In this document: positions 20,916-31,324 of the stretch, piece by piece | Layout: every line of letters begins with the position of its first letter | Position numbering within the stretch: the stretch's first letter is position 1 | Assembly (NCBI GenBank): GCA_963701665.1 | Contig: OY969622.1 | Span: forward strand, 480,001-544,000 | DNA: 64,000 nucleotides | Direction: 5' to 3' | Source of the DNA: Candidatus Babeliales bacterium | GTDB taxonomy: Bacteria; Babelota; Babeliae; Babelales; JANWKD01 | The notes under the pieces: model-generated | What the model was told of the DNA's origin: nothing | What the model saw: the letters and a program-made list of their open reading frames with translations, nothing else | Databases searched by the model: none | Made by a program: the position numbers and the translations under genes

Positions 20916-21443
20916 ATGATTAGGCAAAAAACATTTGCAATATTTCTAGGTATTTTATTTTTTAATACAAGTATCTTGGGCAATTTTTTTTCAGATTTTT
21001 ATAATTTTATGTTTTATGAAGGTATAGCTCTTAAACAAGATACTGAACCTAAGGAATGGAGTACTTTTAGAAGAGAAAAAAATTATAAACATCTGTGGGC
21101 GGCTTTTGACAATTTGATTTCTGCGAGAAAAGAGGAATTTAATAGGAAATATTTGAAAAATGAAAAGATTAAACGTATTGGTAAAAAGGTTAGGTTAATT
21201 AAAGCACCAACTAAGATATATCAAACGTTTAAAATATTGGAATATCGCTTGCCTCTCTATAAAAAGAGACAAAACATAAATGCAGAATTTATGCCTGACA
21301 AAGAGCATGGCGAAAATGAAAAATATAGTTTAGTATTCAAAGATTATACAACATCACATCATCTAATGGTAGGCGATGCTCTAATAATAGGCGCCGTAGC
21401 AGCAGCAGGATATTTTGCGTATAACGAGTTATTCAAACAATAA
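20916..21443 (+). CDS. Hypothetical protein with signal peptide and C-terminal TM
   Basis: AGGA RBS; 175-aa ORF. Confidence 0.65.
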   Translation: MIRQKTFAIFLGILFFNTSILGNFFSDFYNFMFYEGIALKQDTEPKEWSTFRREKNYKHLWAAFDNLISARKEEFNRKYLKNEKIKRIGKKVRLIKAPTKIYQTFKILEYRLPLYKKRQNINAEFMPDKEHGENEKYSLVFKDYTTSHHLMVGDALIIGAVAAAGYFAYNELFKQ

Positions 21444-21485
21444 ATATTAGTAATGCTTTCTAGCCAAATAAGGAGAGGCTCAAGA

Positions 21486-22133
21486 ATGAAATTCAATAAT
21501 CGTGATACTGCTGTTGTTATAATCGATCCACAAAATGATTTTCTAAGCGAGAAGGGCACGAGTTGGGGCTTGGTTGGTGCCAGCGTCATCCAGAACGGTA
21601 TTATCGGGAACTTAGAGCGGCTTTTCAAGTCTGCGAAAGCGAATGACTATGAGGTGCTCATCTCACCCCATTATTTCTATCGCACCGATAATGGCTGGAA
21701 GATCAATGGCCCGCTCGAAGCTGTAGAGTTGTCAACGCATACCTTCGCGCGGATCGGTCCACTGGATTTGACGGGGTTTACGAATTCAGGCGCTGACTGG
21801 CTAGACCGTTTTAAGCCGTACATCCAAGATGGCAAGACGATTGTTGTTAGCCCACATAAAGTGTTTGGCCCACAGACCAATGATCTAGTTCTGCAGCTAC
21901 GCAAGAGAGGGATTGGGAAGATCATTCTAGGCGGGATGTTGGCGAATATGTGCGTCGAGTCTCATCTGCGTGAGTTCCTTGAGCAAGGTTTTGAAATTGC
22001 CGTTGTAAAGGATGCGATCGCTGGGCCTATCCATCCGGAATGGGGCGATGGCTACAAGGCGGCGCTGATCAACTATCGATACCTGGCGCACGCGGTACTA
22101 TCGACCGAAGAGGCAGTCGCGCGCATGGCATAA
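21486..22133 (+). CDS. Isochorismatase-family cysteine hydrolase
   Basis: IIDPQNDF (Asp), HK (Lys), GMLANMCVESH (Cys); AGGAGAGG RBS. Confidence 0.9.
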   Translation: MKFNNRDTAVVIIDPQNDFLSEKGTSWGLVGASVIQNGIIGNLERLFKSAKANDYEVLISPHYFYRTDNGWKINGPLEAVELSTHTFARIGPLDLTGFTNSGADWLDRFKPYIQDGKTIVVSPHKVFGPQTNDLVLQLRKRGIGKIILGGMLANMCVESHLREFLEQGFEIAVVKDAIAGPIHPEWGDGYKAALINYRYLAHAVLSTEEAVARMA

Positions 22134-22333
22134 TCTCCCTGTTGGCCACAATCTTACTATCATAGATCGTTCTCTTTTTTTATAGTATTCTATTAAAGAT
22201 TACAATTTTCACTCATAAAACGCAGGTGCGTTATGAAAAGTTTCTGTTCTTTCTATCTAAATTATCAGGGTAATGCTGTTTAGCATTATCTTTGATGCCT
22301 TTTAACTCAATTATATAACCTTAGGGCAACATA

Positions 22334-23215
22334 GTGCCCAAAATTCCTAAAGGAATGCGCATGTTGCAGAACAAACGCATCATAGTATCTTTATATCTCT
22401 GCACCACTTTATTATTAAACGAGTGTGCAGAAAACAATGAAACTCATAGTGAAAGAACACTAACAATGAATGAAAATCAGAACGAAAACTCATCTCCATG
22501 GCTAACTGAATGTAGAAATTTAGTACCCTCAAAGGGAACTTTCTTAGTGCAGGATGATAATGGAAACGCCATCGAATTAGAATGGGAAAAAATTGATGGC
22601 AAATCATCCCGGCTTAATGAAAAAATAAAATCTTTGTGCTCTATTCTTGCAGAAATTTATACTGACGGAGAAATTAGATTTGCACGTACATTCCCAGATT
22701 TAGTACCACAAGAATATTTCTTGAAGACTTTAACACCATTTTTTGAAAATGGCGCTGAAAAAGTCGATTGGCAACATGCGGAAAAACAACTTAATGCATT
22801 TTTTGAGCGGTTTTTTACGACTACAGATTTCACACAATTTTCTGGCAACAATGATATGTATATCTTTGTGGTTGCAAAAGACAAAAATACTCAAAAAAAT
22901 CTCGGGCTTATTCAATATATGATTACATCAGATTATGCTGAAGGTGAAATTAGAGTTGCTTATTTTGGTGTTTTACACGAAGCACAAAATCGTGCTATCG
23001 AGAAATTATTGATGTGTACAATTTTTAAACTTATTCCAAAGGTAAAGCGTATTTTTATGCATACTCGCTGTACCAATGAAGCTGCAATTAACTTATATCG
23101 TTCATGGGGATTTACTAAATTTCCCGGCGAACTGGTGCATTGGACTGATTTGGAGTATTTTTTTAATAGGTCGGATACCTTACAAAGAGCTTCTGAGCAT
23201 ATAAGAAGCAACTAA
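22334..23215 (+). CDS. GNAT-family N-acetyltransferase
   Basis: C-terminal V..EAQNRAI..L and NEAAINLYRSWGF motifs; start uncertain. Confidence 0.75.
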   Translation: MPKIPKGMRMLQNKRIIVSLYLCTTLLLNECAENNETHSERTLTMNENQNENSSPWLTECRNLVPSKGTFLVQDDNGNAIELEWEKIDGKSSRLNEKIKSLCSILAEIYTDGEIRFARTFPDLVPQEYFLKTLTPFFENGAEKVDWQHAEKQLNAFFERFFTTTDFTQFSGNNDMYIFVVAKDKNTQKNLGLIQYMITSDYAEGEIRVAYFGVLHEAQNRAIEKLLMCTIFKLIPKVKRIFMHTRCTNEAAINLYRSWGFTKFPGELVHWTDLEYFFNRSDTLQRASEHIRSN

Positions 23216-23224
23216 CGATAAAAG

Positions 23225-23260
23225 AAAGAGAAGAACTGCATGTATGCAGTTCTTCTCTTT
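23225..23260. terminator. Intrinsic terminator hairpin
   Basis: AAAGAGAAGAACTGCA-tgta-TGCAGTTCTTCTCTTT perfect inverted repeat. Confidence 0.75.
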
Positions 23261-23262
23261 AA

Positions 23263-24129
23263 ATGTTTTTTATAAGAAAGGTTATTATGTTTTTTATATT
23301 AATTTTGTTAATTTTGAATATTATAGCACCATTATGCGCTGATAATAATTTTTCTGTGCTGTCTGAACACAATCCATTTTCATATGATTTGGGTATTAAG
23401 ATTATTCCAAGTGAAAATATGGCTCATAATCAGGTAACCATTTGTTGCCATGGGTATGGGCATAATAATAAAATTGTTGATAATGTTCATTCATATAAGA
23501 GTATCTCCGGAACTTTAATTGGGTTCAATTTTCCTGATTATAATATTACCCTCGACAGTGATCATCATAAGGCGGCATACGGTAGTATTGATGAGATTCT
23601 GCCACTTTTATACATCTTAAAATGCTGCATTATTGATTTGAATGTTCCGACAATAAATTTGTATGGATTTTCCGCAGGAGGTGGAGCTATTATTAACGCT
23701 CTCGCAACGCTCAATCAAACATATCATGATGAATCATTAGAGAAAATCAGTATTTTTAAAGAAACCAAAAAACAACTGCTCGATGTATTGGAAAAAGGGT
23801 TAATTATTCTTGATTGTCCGCTGAAGTCAATTGAAGAGATAATTGCGCTGCGTGGTAAAATCAGGGAGCTTGAAATCTTATCTGATCACTACACAAAAAA
23901 TAACATGAACCCTATTGATGTATTGAATTTATTGGTTGGATTGAACCTCAACATATTGCTTCATTTTCAAAATTCAGATGAAATTCTGGGAAATCGGGAT
24001 GATATGTTATTTGTTGAGCGTCTTAAACAAGCTAATAAAGGAACAACTACCGTGCTATTGGGCTTTGATGGCGGTCATAACACCTATCATGCATCCTTAT
24101 GGAATGCATACAAAGAAATTTTGCCATAG
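23263..24129 (+). CDS. Alpha/beta hydrolase-fold protein, secreted
   Basis: HGYG oxyanion motif, GFSAG nucleophile elbow, D and GGH near C-terminus. Confidence 0.75.
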   Translation: MFFIRKVIMFFILILLILNIIAPLCADNNFSVLSEHNPFSYDLGIKIIPSENMAHNQVTICCHGYGHNNKIVDNVHSYKSISGTLIGFNFPDYNITLDSDHHKAAYGSIDEILPLLYILKCCIIDLNVPTINLYGFSAGGGAIINALATLNQTYHDESLEKISIFKETKKQLLDVLEKGLIILDCPLKSIEEIIALRGKIRELEILSDHYTKNNMNPIDVLNLLVGLNLNILLHFQNSDEILGNRDDMLFVERLKQANKGTTTVLLGFDGGHNTYHASLWNAYKEILP

Positions 24130-24318
24130 CATCCAATATGGAGGTTGAAACTTCAGATGCTTGCATGGCAGGCTGATTCTGGCTGTTATGAATCCCATAA
24201 AGGTCTTATTTATTTTCTAATAGTCATGTTTTGACATTTTACCTAATCTATAATACGATTTATTCCATGTATTATTTATTCATTCTTGTTCAATGTATAT
24301 TTTTAAAATAGAGTTCAA

Positions 24319-25218
24319 ATGACTTCTTTAACGTGTAGTTCTAAACAAATAGAGCGAATAAGAGCAGTATGGCTCATTTCTTTTTTTGCTACCATAGTGT
24401 GGGGTTTATTTTATTCTTGTCTCAAAGTACATTCGCATTCTAATATAATGCTAGATGGGAAGCCCGCTCCACTTATAATTGATGTTATAGCTGTAATATT
24501 GGTACATCTATTATTTTATATACCATTCTATTATTTTGCTTATAAGAAACGAGGCACTCGTTTTCTAGGGGTGGTGATAATAATCACATTGCTTACCATA
24601 GCGTGTGACATTGGCAGTTTTTTTAAAGTTCCAATACCACATCTTCCAGAGATAAATAATTGGACCTTATTGGATATACTGTTTTTATTATATTTTTTTA
24701 TCACTTCGTATCAGTTGTATCGAGCCAATAAAGAATATCATTTGAAAGCTTTGATTTGCGGAATGTTTCCTAGCATGAATGATTGCAATAGTAATACTGA
24801 AAATCCAATGGATACTTTAACGCAGGAACAATCAGAGCGAATAAGAAAAAGATGGCTTATTTCTTTTATAGTTCTTTGTGTGGTCAGTATTCTTGAGTTT
24901 TCTATTACGTTAATAACATTGGGCTGGCATTGGGTTGTTTTAGGATTACCATTAATTAAAATAGGTTCACCTTTATTTCTTTTATTTTTTGGTGCGCCTC
25001 TCTATTATTTTGCATATAAAAAACGAGGAGTATATTTTATAGGATTTGCAATAATAAAGATATTATTTGATATTATAAGAAAAATCTGGCATTTAAGCCC
25101 TTTTGAAACATATTCGCATTTGTACTTATTATTGAACATAGGGATACCAATATACTTTTTAATTACCTGTTATCAACTTTATTTATCAAATAAAGAATAC
25201 AAAAATATTGAAATTTAA
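24319..25218 (+). CDS. Membrane protein made of two tandem homologous halves
   Basis: ERIRxxWLISF, YYFAYKKRG and ITxYQLYxxNKEY each occur twice. Confidence 0.75.
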   Translation: MTSLTCSSKQIERIRAVWLISFFATIVWGLFYSCLKVHSHSNIMLDGKPAPLIIDVIAVILVHLLFYIPFYYFAYKKRGTRFLGVVIIITLLTIACDIGSFFKVPIPHLPEINNWTLLDILFLLYFFITSYQLYRANKEYHLKALICGMFPSMNDCNSNTENPMDTLTQEQSERIRKRWLISFIVLCVVSILEFSITLITLGWHWVVLGLPLIKIGSPLFLLFFGAPLYYFAYKKRGVYFIGFAIIKILFDIIRKIWHLSPFETYSHLYLLLNIGIPIYFLITCYQLYLSNKEYKNIEI

Positions 25219-25359
25219 TACGAAGATAAATTTTTTCGTTATCCTAATGAGCAATTATGCACATTCATGGTGTCACTGTTCGCGTGGCAATAGTTTCTTA
25301 ATCTTAAAAATTTAAAGATTATCCAAGTACAGCAATTCTTTATCAAATAATGAATAATA

Positions 25360-25392
25360 AATAGTCCCCTGGAGAAATCCGGGGGGACTATT
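25360..25392. terminator. GC-rich hairpin, probable terminator
   Basis: AATAGTCCCCTGGA..TCCGGGGGGACTATT. Confidence 0.55.
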
Positions 25393-25559
25393 CGTTTTAA
25401 TAGTATTTATAATAGAACTGCCCTTTTCAAAGCAAAATAGACTCTAAATGATGAAAAATATTTAAAATCACATTGTGGCGGGAATATTCTTGCAAAAGAG
25501 AAACAACAAATACATTACTAGTCATAAGATGAATTTATAAATATGAGAGTAGATGAAGT

Positions 25560-26915
25560 ATGAAGATAACTTTTTTGGGCGCTGTAGAAGAAGTAACGGG
25601 GTCAAAATATCTTGTCGAAGCTAATGATGTAAAAATCTTAGTTGATTGCGGGCTTTTTCAAGGGGAGAAGCAGATTACGCAGCATAATTGGGATCCATTT
25701 CCCATAGCGGCTGAGAGCATTGATGCACTTGTATTAACGCACGCTCATATTGATCACACTGGTTATATACCTTTATTAATTAAAAATGGTTTTAAGGGCA
25801 ACATATATTGTTCAAAAGCTACCCGTGAGTTGAGTGCTATCTTATTGCTTGATTGTGGATCTTTAATGGAAGAGGAAGTAAAACATAGAAATAAGAGACG
25901 AAAGCCACAGGATCCTGCCGCGGTGCCTTTATATACGAAACTTGATGCTGAGAATTCATTAAAATTTTTTCATGATGTTGATTATGATACTATGTTGAGT
26001 ATCAAATCTTTAAAAGTTACGCTGATTCGATCGGGCCATATTCTTGGCTCTTCATTTGTTATCGTATCAGATGGCGCGCAAACATTATCCTTTTCAGGTG
26101 ATCTTGGCCGTCCTGAACAATATATCCAGAAATCTCCACCACATTTGAAAAAAACCGATTTTTTAGTTCTTGAATCTACCTATGGCGATAGGCTGCATGA
26201 AAAAGGTGATCCTATAAAAGCTTTGGGGCAAATAGTAAATGAAGCAGTGAAAAAAGGAGGAGTTCTTTTGATACCTTCTTTTGTTGTAGAGCGGACACAA
26301 ACAATGCTTTATTGTCTTTATCAATTAAAACAAAAACAAGCTATTCCCGATATTCCAATTTTTTTAGATAGCCCGATGGGTATAGGTGTTACTGATTTGT
26401 ATTGTAAGTTTAGTGAAGAACTTAAATTGTCAGCATCGTTGTGTAAGCAAATATTTTCTATCGCTACCTACATACGCACGGTGGAAGAATCGAAGCGGCT
26501 TGATCAGCTATCATCTCCTGCCATAATTATCGCAGGCAGTGGTATGGCAGAAGGGGGACGCGTGATGTATCATTTACAACAATTGATTTCTGATCCTAAA
26601 AATACGGTAGCTTTTGTGGGCTATCAAGCACAAGGGACCCATGGACGACTTTTAGTCGATGGTGCAAAAGAAATAAGAATATATGGCATGTCATGTACCG
26701 TTCGTGCAGCAATAAAAATGATAGATGGACTTTCTGCCCATGCTGATTATAAAGAAATTATTGAGTGGCTCAGCTATTTTGAAAAGCCTCCTAAAAAAGT
26801 ATTCCTTACTCATGGGCAACTAGAATCTGCTCAGTCGTTAAAAAATAAAATAGAGGAACGTTTTGGTTGGGTTGTAGTAATCCCAAAGTATTTAGAATCG
26901 TTTAATTTAGATTAA
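25560..26915 (+). CDS. Metallo-beta-lactamase/beta-CASP RNA-metabolising nuclease
   Basis: THAHIDHTG, GHILGS, FSGDLG, ESTYGDR, GYQAQGT, SAHAD, THG. Confidence 0.92.
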   Translation: MKITFLGAVEEVTGSKYLVEANDVKILVDCGLFQGEKQITQHNWDPFPIAAESIDALVLTHAHIDHTGYIPLLIKNGFKGNIYCSKATRELSAILLLDCGSLMEEEVKHRNKRRKPQDPAAVPLYTKLDAENSLKFFHDVDYDTMLSIKSLKVTLIRSGHILGSSFVIVSDGAQTLSFSGDLGRPEQYIQKSPPHLKKTDFLVLESTYGDRLHEKGDPIKALGQIVNEAVKKGGVLLIPSFVVERTQTMLYCLYQLKQKQAIPDIPIFLDSPMGIGVTDLYCKFSEELKLSASLCKQIFSIATYIRTVEESKRLDQLSSPAIIIAGSGMAEGGRVMYHLQQLISDPKNTVAFVGYQAQGTHGRLLVDGAKEIRIYGMSCTVRAAIKMIDGLSAHADYKEIIEWLSYFEKPPKKVFLTHGQLESAQSLKNKIEERFGWVVVIPKYLESFNLD

Positions 26916-27312
26916 ATTTTTTTTAATACAAATCTTAAAACGTTCGGATGCTTAAAATATGCTTCTCTATACGTAAAGATGCTCATTTTTTGTATTAATA
27001 ACCGCTTATAAAAAATAAAAAATATTTTCATTTCTTATAATTTTTTTTAAATCGAAAAAATCCTTTAGAATACGCACTAGTTGGTTATTTTCGAGCAATT
27101 GGGCGATGGTTTCTTGTTGTTTTTTCTAATGCTAATGCTATAATACATTCAACATTAAAGGATTCTGTTAGTAATGAGCGGAAAAGCAGTGTTGTTCAAC
27201 TAAAGTTCATACTACAAAAAGCCAAGGAGTCCTTTCATGAACATCCAATAATTTTACCTACATCATTTCGTATCTACATTTCTTATAATAGTATTTATTC
27301 AGAGGATGTATT

Positions 27313-27783
27313 ATGAATAAGGTATTATTATATTCATCGTTTCTGTTTTTTTTAGCAAAAGCAACGGAGATTACTAAAAAAGAAAGTCTCTCTGCTTCTC
27401 AAAAACTTGATAATGAATATTTCAAAATTCATGATTATGATGTGAATCATGTTTTACATGCAATAAGCCATGATACTACCATTAAAAACTTTGAAACTTA
27501 TGAAGGAATAAAAACACCTCAAATATCTCATGACGACTGCACGTTATCAGCTGAAGCTCACGCCAATAAAAACACCATGAAAAAAACAGCAGTTAGTTTC
27601 TGGCTCAGTAAACTTGCGGTTCATGTTATTGCACAAATTGTATATGCATTAGTCGCAGGAGCTACCTCACTTGTATATCCTCCAGCAGCACCTGTCGTCT
27701 ATTGTTCGTTACAGTTAACCTTTGCTGCCCTCGTAGAATTTGCAAGTAATATGATCGCCTACGGCACACTGGTTGCATTTTAA
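27313..27783 (+). CDS. Hypothetical secreted/membrane protein
   Basis: GAGGA RBS, signal peptide, hydrophobic C-terminal half. Confidence 0.6.
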   Translation: MNKVLLYSSFLFFLAKATEITKKESLSASQKLDNEYFKIHDYDVNHVLHAISHDTTIKNFETYEGIKTPQISHDDCTLSAEAHANKNTMKKTAVSFWLSKLAVHVIAQIVYALVAGATSLVYPPAAPVVYCSLQLTFAALVEFASNMIAYGTLVAF

Positions 27784-27810
27784 TACAATAGCGTTGTATT
27801 ACTAGCTGAG

Positions 27811-27856
27811 AAGCTACTCTCTTTATAAAAGATTTTTATAAAGAGAGTAGCTTTTT
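27811..27856 (+). terminator. Intrinsic terminator
   Basis: AAGCTACTCTCTTTATAAAA / TTTTATAAAGAGAGTAGCTT plus T run. Confidence 0.75.
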
Positions 27857-27912
27857 AATTGCATTATTGTTGCTATCATAAAATTTTGAACAATAACTTC
27901 ACAGGGAGCAAA

Positions 27913-28593
27913 ATGGTGAGACGTACAATTTTTATATTGATAGTTCTTTTTTCTTTCGCAAATACGAGCACGCACTCATTTGATGCAATTATTAATTTAG
28001 GTGGCGACTGTCAGGTTGCTTACCAACTTTATATAACGGGATTGCGCAAATACGCACTTCCTTTTGATACCTTGATTACGCCGTACGCTTCTTTAAAAGC
28101 AATGCTCGAACGAGGTTTTGAAAATTTCATGCATCCTGATAATTTTGAACTGAGGGTTAACGAAAAGGGCGAGCAGTATATTTTGGATAAAACGTACGGC
28201 GCTCGTTTGCTGCATGATTTTAAATTAGAAGAAGATTTTTTAAAAAATTATGAAGAAATAGCGGCAAAATATTTGAGGCGAATTGCGCGATTGATGCATC
28301 TACTTCACACAAGTGAACATCCACTTTTTATTCGCAAGGGACTTTCAAAAGAACAAGCTGCAGAACTGAGTGTTATGTTGTTTACTATGCGCGAGGGAAA
28401 GCCATTTTTGCTCGTTGCATTAGATGACACGCAAGAGATTGCGCTCGATTGGCAGGTAAAACGAGTGCGTAATTATTTTTTAAGACAACCGGAACCTTAT
28501 ACGTGGAAAGGTGATGCGCAGGCGTGGAAAGAAATTTTTCAAAAATTAGATTTGGAAATGACCAATGCGGGTGATAGTTCAGACGAGCGTTAA
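27913..28593 (+). CDS. Putative papain-like cysteine peptidase (DUF1796-like)
   Basis: Signal peptide, NLGGDC, LRKYALPFD, HDF, KYLRRIAR. Confidence 0.75.
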   Translation: MVRRTIFILIVLFSFANTSTHSFDAIINLGGDCQVAYQLYITGLRKYALPFDTLITPYASLKAMLERGFENFMHPDNFELRVNEKGEQYILDKTYGARLLHDFKLEEDFLKNYEEIAAKYLRRIARLMHLLHTSEHPLFIRKGLSKEQAAELSVMLFTMREGKPFLLVALDDTQEIALDWQVKRVRNYFLRQPEPYTWKGDAQAWKEIFQKLDLEMTNAGDSSDER

Positions 28594-28599
28594 TCGTTA

Positions 28600-28640
28600 A
28601 AAAGATAACGAGCACCATACGTAGCGCTCGTTATCTTTTT
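28600..28640. terminator. Bidirectional terminator between convergent genes
   Basis: AAAAGATAACGAGC..GCTCGTTATCTTTT. Confidence 0.75.
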
Positions 28641-28656
28641 ACAAAGTCAAAAAATA

Positions 28657-29244
28657 TTATGAATCTTGTGTTATTCGCTTCCAAAGAAAATAGCCAGGTA
28701 TGGTAACCCCTGCAGTATATGCAGCCCATCCTGCAGCTTTTCTTGCGTAAAGAATACTGTTCATCCTTTTTTGAACAGGAGTATATGCCCGTTGATTATC
28801 TTCATCATCAGCCATGTAATGTTGACCTTGAGATTTTGGATCTATTGATCGTGGTGGTTTTATTGTGTAACCGTATGCACTGCCCATTATCGTTGCAAGA
28901 AGAACACTAGCAGTAGCTATACCAAAAGGTTTAATAAGTTCTGAGGAATCTAATTTTTGCCATGGGCCACTGCGCATGGCAAAGCCGGCTGCTGCTCCTG
29001 CACTCAAGAATTCTTTCCAGCGATTTCCAAAAAAAATTTTATGCATAAATGGAAATCTTTGGCCATTAGGTGGAGTAGGTAGTGCAGCATGTAAAAGGCG
29101 GCTATGAGCATAAGATCCCACGCCAACTGCTACTGTTGTACCTGCTATGATTATGCCAGTTTCTTTTATATCCATTGCATTGATTTGTTGAGCACTAAGA
29201 GTAAGCATCAATAAAGCATACAAGTATGATGTTCTTTTTATCAT
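28657..29244 (-). CDS. Hypothetical secreted/membrane protein
   Basis: AAGGA RBS, signal peptide ..INAMD. Confidence 0.65.
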   Translation of the reverse strand: MIKRTSYLYALLMLTLSAQQINAMDIKETGIIIAGTTVAVGVGSYAHSRLLHAALPTPPNGQRFPFMHKIFFGNRWKEFLSAGAAAGFAMRSGPWQKLDSSELIKPFGIATASVLLATIMGSAYGYTIKPPRSIDPKSQGQHYMADDEDNQRAYTPVQKRMNSILYARKAAGWAAYTAGVTIPGYFLWKRITQDS

Positions 29245-29413
29245 GAGACATCCTTAGATGAATGAGTTTGTTATGTGAATACTATTATTATAAGGATAAA
29301 TTTTTTATTTCATATTGTAAATGGTTATTTATGTACTATCGTTCTTAGATCTTGCTTTTGCTATCAGCATATTTTTATTGTTATAAAAGATAGTTTTTTG
29401 TGGAGAGTAAGTA

Positions 29414-31312
29414 ATGATACAAAGAATTTTCATAATTTTTTATTTGATTTCATTTTCTTTAAGTTTTTCAATGAATGAACCGCGTGAGATTAAATATGTG
29501 CCGCGCGGGATGATAATTTTATTGGATGAATCTGAGCAAGGTGCAGGCGCATTAACATCAGCTCTTTTTGTAGCACTTGCAGAAAAAGCTGGTCCTCTAT
29601 TAGTATCAGCAACATTGCTTTCAAATGTTTTCTCAATATACGATCAAGCTCGCAACAATCAATATTCATTTAGTGAGCTTGTAAAGTTAGCTGACACCGA
29701 TCAGAATATCCGTAGAATTGCCTATTTTATAGCCACGAAATTTGATAAAAATGAATGGATTTTTAAAAAAGTAAGTGAATACTTATATCTATTGCTACCA
29801 AAATCCTTATGGTCAACGCATGGTGGAATTCCTCATGAGCAGCTTGTGCGCTATGACCCGCGCAACATTTCGCGCGCTGAATTAAGATTGGGTCTTAAAG
29901 TTAATCATTTCAAAACAATACCATTTGAAGATATTCTTAAGCTTTCGGTCGCGCGCCAAAATGATACTAATTATTTTATTGATGCACTCGTTCCGAAAGC
30001 CAAGCAAGAATTCTCTTTGTTTTGCACCCGTTTAGATTATAGAAATCGTGGTGCCACCGAGATCCCGCTATGGTCTTTTTTTATTAATGGACATGGACAA
30101 ATTCCTATTAGTGGTAAAGGAAATATTCTGTCCATAAGTTATGAAATTTTTAAAAAGGTACTTGATTTTTTTGATATCAATATTTCGACACAGCTTGTGG
30201 CATATTTGTCCTGTTTTGCGGCAGAAGAGGTTACAGAAAAGATTTTCTATGATATGACAAGTTTGCTACAAAGAACTTACTCATATGCCATTATGAGCGG
30301 AGCTCTTGTAGAATCACCAACAAAATCAAATACAAGATTGGAAGCAGTAGATGATATATCATTGAATTTAAGTTCTACTATTAATTTCAGTGCTTTCTTG
30401 GCGTTGATTCAGTCAACACAAGGTATTAATTATGCTCAGGTTGCACAAGCACTTTTTTCAAAGAATGTTACTGAGGGTATTTATTGGACAAATACGCCTC
30501 TTATAAAACTACCCGGACTAGAATGGTTTACGTTAGTTGAGAATATTAGAGATGTTAGTAAAGAGCTTCCTCCTAAAGAAGCTGCTAAGCAAGCCGCTGC
30601 TCTAGAGGCTACGAAAGAAATCGTCTCCATTGGTTCTATTTTGGCGCAAACGCGTGGTAATAGACCGCTTGATGTCGTACATTTTTTTAGGACAGACCCC
30701 AAAGCTATTTTGCTCTATGCTCCCTCGTTACCATTTGAACTTGTTCTTAATTCTCAAAATCTTCAAGCAATAATTTCTATGATTCCCGGTGATGCGTTGC
30801 ATAGCATAAAGAAAATTAGCTCTAAGACAAAAAGTGCTGATGAGCTTTTAGATGCTTTTATGAAAATTGAGGAACTTGCACCCAAAAAAATATTTTTTAT
30901 AGAACAATTAAATGACCTTAAGAACATCATTATTTATAATGAAAATGTTCCTATTAGATTGGAATTGGCGCCAGGTATCGTTGCAGAAATTGCACCTGGG
31001 ACACAACATTGCTACGCCTTATATGAAATCAAAAATGTTTTATATAAGAAAATGTTGAAGCAACCCGCGGCTCGAGAATCTGATAGCGTGACTATAAAAC
31101 TTTATCGTGCATTATTGAAAGATGCGCAGGCTGCTATAAATCTCAAAACAGGATCACCTTTGAGCAAACAGGATTTTGAACATATGGAAACATTGATTAG
31201 AAGAGCATTTGAAAAGAAGAAAACACAGCGAGCAGATTTAGAAGGGCCTTTAGCTCATTTGGCGCAAACATTGCAAAACTTATCTAAAGCATTGCAAAAA
31301 ATAGAATATTAA
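29414..31312 (+). CDS. Large secreted protein with possible clan-CD-like His/Cys dyad
   Basis: Signal peptide; FINGHG and YLSCF; C-terminal leucine heptad. Confidence 0.7.
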   Translation: MIQRIFIIFYLISFSLSFSMNEPREIKYVPRGMIILLDESEQGAGALTSALFVALAEKAGPLLVSATLLSNVFSIYDQARNNQYSFSELVKLADTDQNIRRIAYFIATKFDKNEWIFKKVSEYLYLLLPKSLWSTHGGIPHEQLVRYDPRNISRAELRLGLKVNHFKTIPFEDILKLSVARQNDTNYFIDALVPKAKQEFSLFCTRLDYRNRGATEIPLWSFFINGHGQIPISGKGNILSISYEIFKKVLDFFDINISTQLVAYLSCFAAEEVTEKIFYDMTSLLQRTYSYAIMSGALVESPTKSNTRLEAVDDISLNLSSTINFSAFLALIQSTQGINYAQVAQALFSKNVTEGIYWTNTPLIKLPGLEWFTLVENIRDVSKELPPKEAAKQAAALEATKEIVSIGSILAQTRGNRPLDVVHFFRTDPKAILLYAPSLPFELVLNSQNLQAIISMIPGDALHSIKKISSKTKSADELLDAFMKIEELAPKKIFFIEQLNDLKNIIIYNENVPIRLELAPGIVAEIAPGTQHCYALYEIKNVLYKKMLKQPAARESDSVTIKLYRALLKDAQAAINLKTGSPLSKQDFEHMETLIRRAFEKKKTQRADLEGPLAHLAQTLQNLSKALQKIEY

Positions 31313-31324
31313 AATCTGGGAGAT

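Noticed and set aside
19330..25500. Prophage or integrative element at the tRNA cluster
   Set aside because: No integrase, phage genes or duplicated tRNA 3' half (attR) were seen.
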